Shown: one piece after another, positions 10,981 through 21,793 of the stretch
Position numbering within the stretch: the first letter of the stretch is position 1
Layout of the letters: the number at the start of each line of letters is the position of its first letter
NCBI GenBank assembly: GCA_963802945.1
Contig: CAWDKY010000030.1
Location: 192,001-256,000, forward strand
DNA: 64,000 bases
Direction: 5' to 3'
Origin: an uncultured delta proteobacterium
GTDB lineage: Bacteria > Desulfobacterota > RBG-13-43-22
Program-made: the position numbers and the translations under genes
The notes under the pieces: generated by a model
Seen by the model: the letters and a program-made list of their open reading frames with translations, nothing else
Database searches by the model: none
Told to the model about the DNA's origin: nothing

Positions 10981-12489
10981 TCAATAGCTGTTTTTTTTCA
11001 TCAGATCAAACCCTAAGCCTTCCATTTTTATCTGAAACCGGTCCATATTCTGCCTCGGGTCTCGGAAAGTCGGGGCCGAAAACTCCACCTTCTGAAAAAG
11101 GGTCGATGCCTCCAGCCTGGAATCAGTACGGTGGCCAAAGGAGAATAGCCTTCTAAATTGATCTGGGATTCGGAAATTCTGACCCTTGTCAGCCATGAAT
11201 TCTTAGGCAGCACCAGGGTGAATTCCTTCAATATATCCGAACTCAGAGGTTTTGATTGTTTAAAGTCGTTAATAAGGTGAATTTCATTATAAACCGTTTC
11301 AATCTCTTTTTTAAGGCTCTCGATTTTTTTTATTTCCACCTTTTTTGAGGCAACCTGGTTTTCGATATTTTGAAGTTTTTTCTTTTCCACTTCAATCGGG
11401 GTCATCCAATAAATCCCCAACAAAATCCCCAAGGCCAAAATCAGAAAGGGTAATTACCCAGGGGGGCTTTGACTTTTTGTGAAGCCCCTTAAGGAGTAAA
11501 TTGATTCCCAGCGACTTGGTCCATAAAGATTCCAGCATCCCACCGACAGCGGGATAAGGAATTGGCTTCCCCCTTTTCCCTTGATCCAAGGCCCATCTCC
11601 GCTTCATCTAAAAATTGAAAAGGTCGTTCTATGTGGATATGATCAATTTTTTCAGAGATGGATTTTTATCTTTCAGATCAAAAATGGCTTCCTCCAACGA
11701 ATTCATTTCCCTTGAGCCGATTTTAATAATTCAATTTCCTGACGGATCAGTCCTGCTTTTGTCTTTTCATCTCGTCCGGAAAAACACCGGAAAAGACCTT
11801 CAGGTCAAATCGGCGAAAAAAACACCCCCTCATATTGATTTTCATCGATTCCAACAAAAAGTACCTGATCTGTTTTTTGAATATACCGGCAAAGGGTGCT
11901 CAATCCCAACAGGTTGACCGTAATTTGATCGACCTTAAATCCTTTTTCCTGAATGGCTTTCAGATAAGGCTCTAACAAGTCGGCCCTGACCGCCGCCACC
12001 AGGATATTGACCTTTCCCGCTTCTTCTTTAAGGACCCTAAAGTCATAATAGGCATTTTCGGGAGTGAAGGGGGTTATCCGATCCAGTTCAAAGGCGATGA
12101 CATTGGAAATGTTTTCCAATACACTGGCGGGATATTCTACTGTTTTAATGACCGCCCAGGCCTTGGGAAGGCTCAAGGTCAAACGGCAGTCTTCCGCCCT
12201 CAGTTCGGCCCTGGCTAAACTGAGGCTGGAGGTCAAAAATTCCGGTGAAGGATATCTGCTTCGGGAAAAGGATATTCTTTCCACCTTTCATTTTTATCCT
12301 GGAAAGAAAGCGGGAACCGAAGGCAACAGATACTCTCCCTTTTTCAATGGCCAGGCAAAGGGTTTTTTTAAAGGAAATCCTGTCATCCGCCGGACTTAAA
12401 AACAATACCCGGCCCAGGCCTGCTCCCATTTTCTTCCCGACCGACCGGAGGAAACTGACTGTCCCGTTTTTATTTTGAAGCAATTTCAT
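10981..12489 (-). CDS. gspL: T2SS GspL (PilM/PilN-like) protein (several frameshifts)
   Basis: NISNVIAFELDRITPF...AYYDF actin-like part; LKEFTLVLPKNSWLT..I....INLEGYS PilN part. Confidence 0.8.
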
Positions 12490-13439
12490 CCCTGTTTCAA
12501 AGTGACTGGCGTCTTATAATAAAGTATTTGATATTGGCTTTGTCGTCAAGAGGTTAACTGTTGCCCTGACCGCATAGCCGGATTGCGGTTTATCTTTGAA
12601 TCCCGATGATTCAATCGTATAGATATTGCTCGATGCCGTAATTGGTATAAGTTGAATCAGATTTTGACCTATTATTCCCTCGATCTCCGGGATACTTTTA
12701 ATCTCCTGATTCTGACGATAGCTGATGATCTGATCGGCTTTTCCCGAATCTATTCCCGGAATGACGGCCATTAAGACTTCCTTAGAGGCGGAATTAATAT
12801 TGATGGCCCTGCGGTGTCAAAGACGGTCAGAAAATCGATTAAACCCTTTTTCCCCCGTCTCCATAAAGGAGTTCCCGGGTCACCCCTTTGACCAATAAGA
12901 GTTCCTCCAGGGTATCAAAATCGGCATTTTTGGCTTTATAGGGATTGGGCAGCGAAAGATAATAGTCGGATTTGGCCCCATTCAGACGGTGCAAATCACC
13001 CTTATCCTTCCAATCCATGATGGAGTCCGCAACGGTATCTATGTCTGTTCCTTCAATACCCATGATTTCGATAAGCTTCCTGAGGACTATTTCCGGGGCC
13101 GAATTAATATTTAATTTTCCTGATTCATCGGTTATCTTGAGGACATAGTTTCCATCCCCCAACTGACCGGAATAAGGGCGGCCGTCGACTTTCCAAATCT
13201 CCCCGCCTTCAACCAGGACCTTATTCAGAAATCTGCATCTTTCGTCGGTAAAAAAGCTCATAAACCCCTCGTTCCACCCCCGCTTCGGCCAGGAATCTTT
13301 TTCCCATCTCCTCCTTGAAGGATAAGGTGGAAAGGGTCTCGGTCCGGGCCATATAGGAAAATGAAAAAACAATGACCATCAGGACCGTCAAAACCCATAA
13401 AACGGTCAGCAAGGCAATACCTTTTTGATTCTGACTCAT
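12486..13439 (-). CDS. gspK: T2SS minor pseudopilin GspK (frameshifted)
   Basis: KGIALLTVLWVL, DESGKLNIN, DSIMDWKD, PYKAKNADFDTLEELLLVKG; ATGA overlap with gspL. Confidence 0.92.
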
Positions 13440-14231
13440 TTTTCCCCTGAAATAAATTTCCCGTTATCCGTTATTCGACCTTCAACCTTCGATTTCAAAT
13501 TCATTCTTTCTCACTGTTTCTTGATCAATCTTTCCTTGCCCGCATGCCTGGGCCCTGACGGCCTGGCTTCCCGCCAAGCCTCCTCCCGTTTTCATGGAAA
13601 GGATCAGGAAAGGTCCTTCCTGTCTTTGATCAGGTGAAGCCGAATCTTATTCGGCAGAAAACCGGTCTCGGTCCATTCATCAATCCATTTCCCTTCTTCT
13701 TCGGTCGGATCCTGATAATAATATTCAAAATACATCTCATCAAAAAATTCCAGGAGTTTAATCTCTTTTTTGTTTTCCCGCCCTACCCTGTTTTCCGAAG
13801 CCTAAAGCGTCCTTTTCCCCTGATCGTCTACAATCACCTGATAGGTGACCACCACATACCCTGTCTCCCCTCCCCAAATGGAAAAATTGGTAGAAAATTC
13901 GAGAGAGTCAGGCTGTCCTTTAAAATAATATTTTTTCTCTCCGTCTTCATCGTAGATCAGAGGGATTTCCGATTGTATTTGGGCGTCAATCATATTTAAA
14001 GAGGCCTTGACCCGCCCCAGAGATTCTATCTTTTTTTCCCCGGCTTCGACTGAACGAAACCCCAGTCTCAACACGGCCATCAGGATGAAAACCATAATCC
14101 CGACAATGGCGATGGAAATCATGAGTTCCAGCAGGGTGAAGCCAAGGTTATTCCTCTTACCTCTTTTTTCAGTTATGACATGAATTCACTGAATCCCTGA
14201 ATCCTCGACTCCTGGAATCCTCTGGTTTCAT
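13436..14231 (-). CDS. gspJ: T2SS minor pseudopilin GspJ (frameshifted, ends approximate)
   Basis: GFTLLELMISIAIVGIM; FKGQPDSLEFST; start ATG overlaps the gspI stop (TGATG). Confidence 0.8.
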
Positions 14232-14656
14232 CATACCGGTTTTTCAACCATCTTCAAGGTCTTCAGGGTCAAAGATTTTTCCTTGTTCCCCTGGGTCCAG
14301 TAAACCTTGACTTCCACCTCCATCAGTTTCACCGGGAGGTTTTCCGTCCTCTCCGTCAAGGTATCCGAAACAGAAACCTGAAATCGATATCCGTTATCCG
14401 TAATCCCATTCCAGGTCCTTTCGGAAAATTCCTTGCCTTCCAGAACTTCTCTCATCTTGGACTGGGCCTCCAAAGAACCGGCCACATATTCTTCCGAAGC
14501 TGAAATGGATCTCAGGTTGGCTGAAAAAAGCTGTAAAACCGCGGTGACGGCCATTCCCAGCAGGGCCAGGGCAACCAAAACCTCCAGCAGGGTAAAACCG
14601 GCCGTTTTATTCAGGGGCTTCATTTCAGCCTTCTTTCGATATTCATTGTTCGCCAT
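14231..14656 (-). CDS. gspI: T2SS minor pseudopilin GspI (alternative start 14623)
   Basis: AGFTLLEVLVALALLG; EVEVKVYW...L.LKTL. Confidence 0.88.
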   Translation of the reverse strand: MANNEYRKKAEMKPLNKTAGFTLLEVLVALALLGMAVTAVLQLFSANLRSISASEEYVAGSLEAQSKMREVLEGKEFSERTWNGITDNGYRFQVSVSDTLTERTENLPVKLMEVEVKVYWTQGNKEKSLTLKTLKMVEKPV

Positions 14657-14672
14657 TCGATGTTCCCTATTC

Positions 14673-14804
14673 GATGACTTCGTAAAAAGACGTCATTCCC
14701 GCGCACGCGGGAATCCAGGCCCTGCGTAACCAATTAAAAACACTGGATTCCCGTTTTCACGGGAATGACGAAAATGGGTTTCGTCGACTTTTTGCGGGTT
14801 CATC
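14673..14804. mobile_element. MITE-like repeat with an internal REP-like pair
   Basis: Ends GATGACTTCGTAAAAAGAC / GACTTTTTGCGGGTTCATC; core GTCATTCCCGCGCACGCGGGAATCCAG...CTGGATTCCCGTTTTCACGGGAATGAC. Confidence 0.75.
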
Positions 14805-14843
14805 CACGGGTTCATCCATTGGTTCTGTTTGTCTGAATAGGCT

Positions 14844-15331
14844 TCACCGGGTAACCACTGCCCCCAGTAAAGGATCCAGCTCGATTCCTATAGCCTTTTT
14901 TTTATCGGACAATTGAAATTGGGCGCTGTCCATACCCCAATTCGATTCAAAAACCAGCCGATATTGCCCGCTCCGAATCTCTTCCCCTGTTGAATCTACT
15001 ATTTTGAGTTCCAAATGGGAAGGGATTTTCTTGACCTGTCGCCCTTCTATTCCATATTCTTTAGAGTCCAGATTAACGGACCATCCCTGTTGTTCCCCAT
15101 GAATTTTGGCCAAATCACGGGCCTGTCTCAGTGTGGCCGAAAATTCCCTGACCGTTGCCTGGAGCTTGGCCGAAGACAGAAGGTTGGCAAAAGAGACCGT
15201 CACCAATCCCAGGATCAGCAGGCTTAACAACAAGACAATGATCAATTCCAGCAGGGTAAATCCCGATCGTTTTTAAAATATTCGAAGGGTTCGAGCGATT
15301 CGAGGATTCGAGGATTCGAGTTTGTTAACAA
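14844..15331 (-). CDS. gspH: T2SS minor pseudopilin GspH/FimT-like (1-nt indel in the A-run near 15272)
   Basis: RSGFTLLELIIVLLL; LRQARDLA; probable TTG start 15331 with GGAG RBS. Confidence 0.82.
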
Positions 15332-15401
15332 ATTAAACTCCAGATCGAATTTAATTTTTTCACTTAATCCTTGACCCCTTGAATCCTTAATCCTTATTTT
15401 T

Positions 15402-16596
15402 TTAAAAAGGAAGATCCGTGATACTGAAAATAGCCATCAGCATGGACAAAACAATAAAGCCGATGATCAGCCCCATCACTAAGATCATCGCCGGTTCCAG
15501 AAAGCTGATAAACCTTTTAATGGAGACCCGCAAACTTTTTTCATAAGTGGCCGCCACCTTCAACAACATATCATCCAATTGACCGGTCTCCTCCCCCACC
15601 TTGATCATGGATAAGGCCAGCGGAGGAAACACCTTGGAAGCGGAAAGCGGCAGGGCCATGCCCTTGCCTTCTTTCACCCCGGTTGACACTTCCTCCAGGG
15701 CGGAAGCAATCGCCTGATTACTGACTACGTCCCGTGAATTTTTTATGGCCTGCAGCAATGGGACCCCGCTCTTGATCAGGGTGCCCAGGGTCCGGCAAAA
15801 ACGGGCGGTCTCCAACTTTCGGATGATATCTCCCAACCAATTTAAGTTTTATACCGTCCCAGCGAAACCGACCCTGTTCCGATTTGGTGTAGGTCCTGAA
15901 GAGAATCCAGCCGAAAACAATCAGGATCAGGGCTATCCACCAGTAGGTTTTCAAGCCCTGGCTGAAGGAAAGCAGAAGTTGAGTCGAAAGAGGCAGGGAA
16001 CTTCCCATTTCAGCAAAGATGACGGAAAATTTAGGCAGAACATAGGTCAGCAGGATAATGATCGACAGTCCCCCGGTGGAAAGCAAAATAATCGGGTAAA
16101 TCATGGAGGACAAAACTTGTTCTTTCAGTTCCTGGGCCGATTCCAGAAATTCAGTCAGCTTCTCCAAGACAACGGACAATACCCCGCCCGCCTCCCCGGC
16201 CTTGACCATATTGACATAAAGTCTCGGAAATACTCTGGGGTGCCGCTGAAGGGCATCCGAAAAAGAACTTCCTCCCCGGATCGTCTGGAGTATAGACCGG
16301 ATCAGGTCCTGATTCTCTTTGCTTTCGGCAATACCGGCCAGGATATTCAGACTCCGATCCAAAGGCAGTCCGGCCTCTAAAAGGGAGGTCAGCTCGGAAG
16401 TAAAACCCAGGAGATCGGCTTTAGGGGAAAACAGGGCAAAGCGTTTCTGGAGGCCTTTTCCGGGAACGAAGACCTTTAAAGGAATGATATCGGAATTTTT
16501 AAGACGATCAATGGCGGCTTGTTCATCAGCGGCTTCAATAGCCCCCTCGATAATAGCCCCCTCAGGGTTGGTCCCTCGGTAAGAAAAGACGGCCAT
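15402..16596 (-). CDS. gspF: T2SS inner-membrane platform GspF (frameshift near 15840)
   Basis: LLEAGLPL, HPRVFPRLYVNMVKAGEAGG, MIYP, ARFCRTLGTL..SGVPL, VGEETGQL, LEPAMI. Confidence 0.96.
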
Positions 16597-18119
16597 TAGA
16601 CCTCTTGAGTGACCCGGAGCACTTCCGGTAAAGTGGTCAAAGAGGCCTTCACTTTTTCAAGCCCGTCTTCCAACAGGGTCTTCATGCCGTTTCTTCTGGC
16701 CTCCTCCCTTATTTGAATGGCATCGGAATTTTTCAGGATCATTCTCCGTATGGAATCTTCGATCAGAAACAATTCAAAGATACCGATTCGGCCAAAAAAA
16801 CCGGTCCCGGAGCACTGCTCACACCCGGTTCCTTTATACAGGGTGTCGATCTTGCCCATCTGGAGGTGAATCAGCTCCTCCTGAACCGCCGGGGCCGGAT
16901 CAACAACCTTGCAGGCCGGACAGATGACCCGGACCAGGCGCTGGGCCAAGATACCGCGGATGGTCGATGAAAGCAGAAAGCTCTCCACACCCATGTCCAG
17001 CAAACGGGTAATGGCACTGGGGGCGTCATTGGTGTGCAGGGTGGAAAAGACCAGATGTCCGGTCAAGGCCGATTGAATGGCGATCTCGGCCGTCTCCAGG
17101 TCTCGGATCTCTCCGATCATAATGATATCGGGATCATGGCGGACGATATGCCGCAGGGTGCCGGCAAAATTCAATCCTATCTGAGGTTTCACCTGGATTT
17201 GGTTGATCCCTTTCAACTGGTATTCGATGGGGTCTTCCACGGTGATGATCTTTTTGTCCGGGGAATTGATCTTATCCAACGCCCCGTACAGGGTGGTGGT
17301 CTTCCCGCTTCCGGTCGGTCCGGTGACTAAAATAATCCCGTTGGCTTTTTTGATCAGTTGGTTAAAGATGGATAGGTTTTGAGCGGAAAACCCCAACAGA
17401 TCGAGATCGATGGTCACCCCTTCCTTTTGCAGTATCCTCATCACCACCCCTTCTCCATGAAGCACCGGGATGGTGGACACTCTTAAATCGACCTCTTTTT
17501 CACCCACTTTTAATTTGATCCGGCCGTCCTGGGGCAGCCTTTTCTCGGCGATATTCAGTTTGGCCATAATCTTAATCCGAGAGAGAATGGCGGCCTGAAG
17601 ATTCTTGGGCAGGGATTCTATTTCGTGCAACACCCCGTCAATACGATAGCGTACCTTCAATTCATCTTCGAAAGGCTCGATATGAATATCACTGGAACGA
17701 CTTTCTACGGCCCGGGTGATTACCATGTTGACCAATTTGATGATCGGGGCTTCCGAAGCCAGATCCTTGAGATGCCCGATATCCTCTTCCTCTTCTTTCA
17801 GGAATTCCAGGTTGTCGGTCCCGATGTCTTCGATGATCCGGTTGATGTTTTGAGCTTCCTGACCGTAAAACTTGGCAATATATTCGCTAATCAGGTCCGG
17901 GTCTCCTGCATAAACCATCACCTCAGCCGAAAGGGCTACCTGCAGGGCATCAATGGTCGCCTTGTCCTCAGGGCGGCCAAGGGCCACTTTCAAAACATTA
18001 TTCTTGAATTCCAAGGGGACGACCAGATTTTCTCGGATGAAACGGGTGGAAATACCCTCTAACGCCAGGGGGATCTTGGGAAGTTGTTCGGGATTTAAAG
18101 AATGAATTTCAAAACCCAT
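16596..18119 (-). CDS. gspE: T2SS ATPase GspE
   Basis: SDIHIEP, RLPQDGR, GPTGSGKTTTLY, TVEDPIEY, DPDIIMIGEIRD, TGHLVFSTLHTN, CPAC..GCEQC. Confidence 0.97.
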   Translation of the reverse strand: MGFEIHSLNPEQLPKIPLALEGISTRFIRENLVVPLEFKNNVLKVALGRPEDKATIDALQVALSAEVMVYAGDPDLISEYIAKFYGQEAQNINRIIEDIGTDNLEFLKEEEEDIGHLKDLASEAPIIKLVNMVITRAVESRSSDIHIEPFEDELKVRYRIDGVLHEIESLPKNLQAAILSRIKIMAKLNIAEKRLPQDGRIKLKVGEKEVDLRVSTIPVLHGEGVVMRILQKEGVTIDLDLLGFSAQNLSIFNQLIKKANGIILVTGPTGSGKTTTLYGALDKINSPDKKIITVEDPIEYQLKGINQIQVKPQIGLNFAGTLRHIVRHDPDIIMIGEIRDLETAEIAIQSALTGHLVFSTLHTNDAPSAITRLLDMGVESFLLSSTIRGILAQRLVRVICPACKVVDPAPAVQEELIHLQMGKIDTLYKGTGCEQCSGTGFFGRIGIFELFLIEDSIRRMILKNSDAIQIREEARRNGMKTLLEDGLEKVKASLTTLPEVLRVTQEV

Positions 18120-18153
18120 AGTCTTATTCCTGGTTTTTTTATAACAATTAGGG

Positions 18154-18576
18154 TTACAAAAGAATCGTTTCTATGGCTAAACCTTCTGCTGATTTCGATA
18201 GACCTTTATCGGCCGTGACGAAAATATATTCTCGAGAGGAAGCAACAGCCAAATGAATCGCATCGAGACTTCTTAATGAATTATTAAACAAGCTGATCCA
18301 TTCTCTGGCCAAACGGAAATGATGGGGTTCGATAGGCAGATTCAGATAAAGACGGCCATCTATGTGAGCCAGAAATTTGGCAATAATTCGTCCACCATCC
18401 CTTTGGCTAAGTCCCCGTTCTCTTATTTTCCTTGATATGGCCGAGCAAAACTCAACTTCTGTCAGTGCACTAATGGCAGGTCGAAAATGATTCAAGATAA
18501 AATCCTCTGCTTTTTCGCTTAAGGGCTCCGGGCAGTAGTAGGCTGCAAGAATGCTTGTGTCCAGGTAAAAATTCAA
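18154..18576 (-). CDS. vapC: PIN-domain toxin VapC
   Basis: YLDTSIL, TEVE, LRSLDAIHLAVA, FVTAD. Confidence 0.92.
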   Translation of the reverse strand: MNFYLDTSILAAYYCPEPLSEKAEDFILNHFRPAISALTEVEFCSAISRKIRERGLSQRDGGRIIAKFLAHIDGRLYLNLPIEPHHFRLAREWISLFNNSLRSLDAIHLAVASSREYIFVTADKGLSKSAEGLAIETILL

Positions 18577-18806
18577 TAGCGTTCCTCTGCTCTTTGGCGT
18601 AACACCATAGCCCTTAAAGGTTCCCCTTTGATCCGGATTGAAGATCGGAATTTTTTTAAGCTGGGCAGCTTTATCCCTTCGGTCAGAGATGGAATCAAAC
18701 GGGCCACTTTTTCCCCCCGGCGGAGAATAACGATCTCATCCCCTTTTTCCACCCTATCCAGAAGGGAACTCAATTTGCTTCTGGCTTCTTTGATATTTAT
18801 TTCCAT
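18573..18806 (-). CDS. Phd/YefM-family antitoxin
   Basis: INIKEARSKLSSLLDRVEKGDEIVILRRGEKVARLIP; 4-nt overlap with the toxin. Confidence 0.92.
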   Translation of the reverse strand: MEINIKEARSKLSSLLDRVEKGDEIVILRRGEKVARLIPSLTEGIKLPSLKKFRSSIRIKGEPLRAMVLRQRAEERY

Positions 18807-18934
18807 TTTCTTATCCCTTAATCCTTATCGTTGGGGTAAAGTGTACACTAATCTACAATAAGTGTCCATTACCTAATTTTACCTTTATTTATCTTAACCC
18901 CCTTTATAAATTGCAAAACGGCCCCTTTGTTGAA

Positions 18935-18954
18935 ATGCACAGAAATTTGTGCAT
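18935..18954. promoter_or_regulatory. Palindromic activator site (possible bEBP UAS)
   Basis: ATGCACA-GAAATT-TGTGCAT about 90 bp upstream of a -24/-12 motif. Confidence 0.5.
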
Positions 18955-19039
18955 CTATAACCAAAATAACTGCGCCAATGGACATTCGGCACCAACCCAG
19001 AAAAAACATAACCAAAAGAAAATTTTAAATAAATTCATA

Positions 19040-19055
19040 TGGCATGTTTTCTGCT
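19040..19055 (+). promoter_or_regulatory. Sigma54-type -24/-12 promoter
   Basis: TGGCATGTTTTCTGCT (GG-N10-GC) pointing toward the S53 protease gene. Confidence 0.6.
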
Positions 19056-19369
19056 TAATAAAAATTAATTTTAGAAAATTCAGAAAAATGTTTTCAGGTC
19101 AGGCAAACAGGATCAATAAAAAGGAGAAAACAAAAGTTGATGAATTTTTTATTGACATAACCTATTAAATATTTTAAATAAGATACATAATCAGCACATC
19201 AAATAATGTCACATTTATCGGACAGAATATAAAATCATCCACCAATAGCAATCAAATATATGGTGTGGCCCGATCCCATTCAAACCCCACTCAAAACAAC
19301 ACTCCAATTCATGCATTGCTTCCCTGTAACGCTACAGAGGACGGTGATTGCTTATTAAGGAGATCAAAC

Positions 19370-21764
19370 ATGAAGATTGCATCCCTTCGCCTTTCCAACC
19401 CAATAGGCGTGTTTTTACTTGCTCTTATCATCCTCCTGGGTCTGGTGGCAACGCCATGTTTATCGGGTCCCGTTCCTTCCATGGTAAGGCTGTCCGGTCA
19501 TATCCCGGCAAAGGCTATAGCCAAGGCCAGGTTGATAGAGAGGCTGGATTCCAAAACTGAAATTTCCATTGTTTTTTCTTTGCCGCTGCGCAACCAGCCA
19601 GAGTTAGACGGATTGCTGAAACGCATCTACGATCCTACTGATCCGCTTTATGGCCACTATCTAACCTCCCAGGAGTTTACCGACAGATTTGGACCTACAC
19701 AGAGCGATTATGATTCAGTCGCTGGCTATGCTGCCGGCCTGGGACTTAAGATAACCGGAACTCATCCAAACCGTATCCTTCTGGACGCATCGGGCACAGC
19801 AGCCGTGATTGAATCTGCCTTTGATTTGCATCTTAATAATTATCAAGGGCCGGATAACCGAATATTTTATGCCCCTGACAATGACCCTCAAGTTCCCGGT
19901 TCCATTGCTTCCCTTATTGTCGGCCTGATTGGTCTGGACAATGCAGCCGTCCGGCATACCCATAGCCGCCGTGTTTCTGCCGAGGGATTTTCACCAAGAT
20001 CGCCTCAGCCGAAAGGAACAGGCACCGGTATTAATTTGAGACCCAGCGACATCCTAAAAGCTTACAACCTCACCGGCGTATCGGCCAATGGGTCCGGCCA
20101 AACGCTTGGCTTATTCGAACTCGCCTCGTACACCTCCTCTGATGTGAGCGCTTATGCGAGTTATTTTGGTTTGCCAACGATAACGCTGCAAAACGTCCTG
20201 GTTGACGGAGGTCCCACCTGTGGTCCTCCCCCCAACTGTCTATGCGGCCAATGTGGTGAGGACGAAGTGACACTTGACATTGAGCTTCAGATGGCGCTGG
20301 CCCAGGGTGCGAGCAAGATCATGGTCTATGAAGGCCCGAACACGGATGCGGGGACGGTGGACACTTATAACAGAATGGCCACGGATAACCTGGCCAAACA
20401 GATGAGCACGAGCTGGGGGCTTGATGAAGGGGATAATTCCTCGACGTTTCTCAACAGCGAGAATACCATCTTCCAGCAAATGGCGGCACAAGGGCAATCC
20501 ATCTATGCGGCCTCGGGCGACTCGGGCGCCTATGACAATGGTATTACTCTCAGCGTCGATGATCCTGCCTCTCAGCCTTATATGGTTGGAGCGGGAGGGA
20601 CAACGATTTTTGTCAACTCGGACGGGTCATACAATCATGAAACAACCTGGAATGACTCTTACGGGGCCAGTGGCGGAGGTGTCAGGCTGGGTATGGCCAA
20701 TTCCCTCTTGGCAGCAGGGAACTGGAACCGCGGCCTCAGCCACCATGCGGAACGTGCCGGATGTTTCGCTCAACGCTTCCGTCGCAGATAGTCCCTATTA
20801 TGTTTATTATGAAGGCGCCTGGTGGCTTTATGGCGGCACGAGCTGTGCTGCTCCCCTCTGGGCGGCTTTCACCGCGCGCGTCAATCAATTACGCGCTGCT
20901 AATGGGAAGGCAACGTTGGGATTTGCTAATCCTTTGATTTACCAGATTGGGAAAGGCGCAAATTATCAAACGGATTTTCATGACATCGCCGACGGAAGCA
21001 ACAACCTGTATTATGTGGCCAAAACGGGTTATGACAATGCTACCGGATGGGGTTCTTTCAATGGAGCCAATCTGTTGGCCGATCTGGCGTTGTCAACTTC
21101 AGCGCCAAGCGTTACCACAGGCTCGGCTACCAATATAACCGGGGTGACTGCCACCCTGAACGGGACGGTCAATCCCAACGGGTCATCGACAAGTTTTTAT
21201 TTCGAGTGGGGGACATCCACTTCTTATGGGAATACCACCAGCAGCCAGTCAGCCGGCAGCGGCACAAGTGATGTTGCTGCTTCGGCAAATTTAACCGGGC
21301 TCCTTACTGATACTACCTACCACTACCTTCTCGTGGCCACTAACAGTGCCGGGACCAGTTACGGGTCGGATATGACCTTCACGACTTCAACCGGTCCACC
21401 AATCGTTCCGACAGTCACGACCAATGCGGCCAGCGGGCTGACGGCCTCGGGGGCGACCTTGAACGGGACGGTGAATGCCCATAACGCCAGCACGACGGTG
21501 ACCTTTCAATACGGGTTGGACACGAACTATGGCACCACGGTGACGGCGGACCAGAGCCCGGTAACCGGCACCAGTGATACGGCGGTGAGCAAGGCCATAA
21601 GCGGGTTGACTCCCCCAAACACGACCTATCACTATCGAGTAGTCGGTGTGAACTCGGCCGGCACGACCTACGGTGGGGATATGACCTTCACGAATTCTAA
21701 CGCGGGTATGTTTTACTTCATCCCAAACCGGAAGGGCGGGGGAGCAGTCATTTATCTTGAATAG
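19370..21764 (+). CDS. Secreted S53 (sedolisin/kumamolisin) peptidase with pro-domain and two C-terminal FN3-like repeats (frameshift near 20685)
   Basis: AAGGAG RBS; signal peptide; pro-domain YGHYLTSQEF; EVTLD, SGDSG, RNVPDVS, GGTSCAAPLWA, GYDNATGWGS; repeats ATLNGTVN...YHY...NSAGT.YG.DMTFT; tail FYFIPNRKGGGAVIYLE. Confidence 0.92.
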
Positions 21765-21793
21765 GGCGAAATATGGCTTCCTTTAGACACAGA

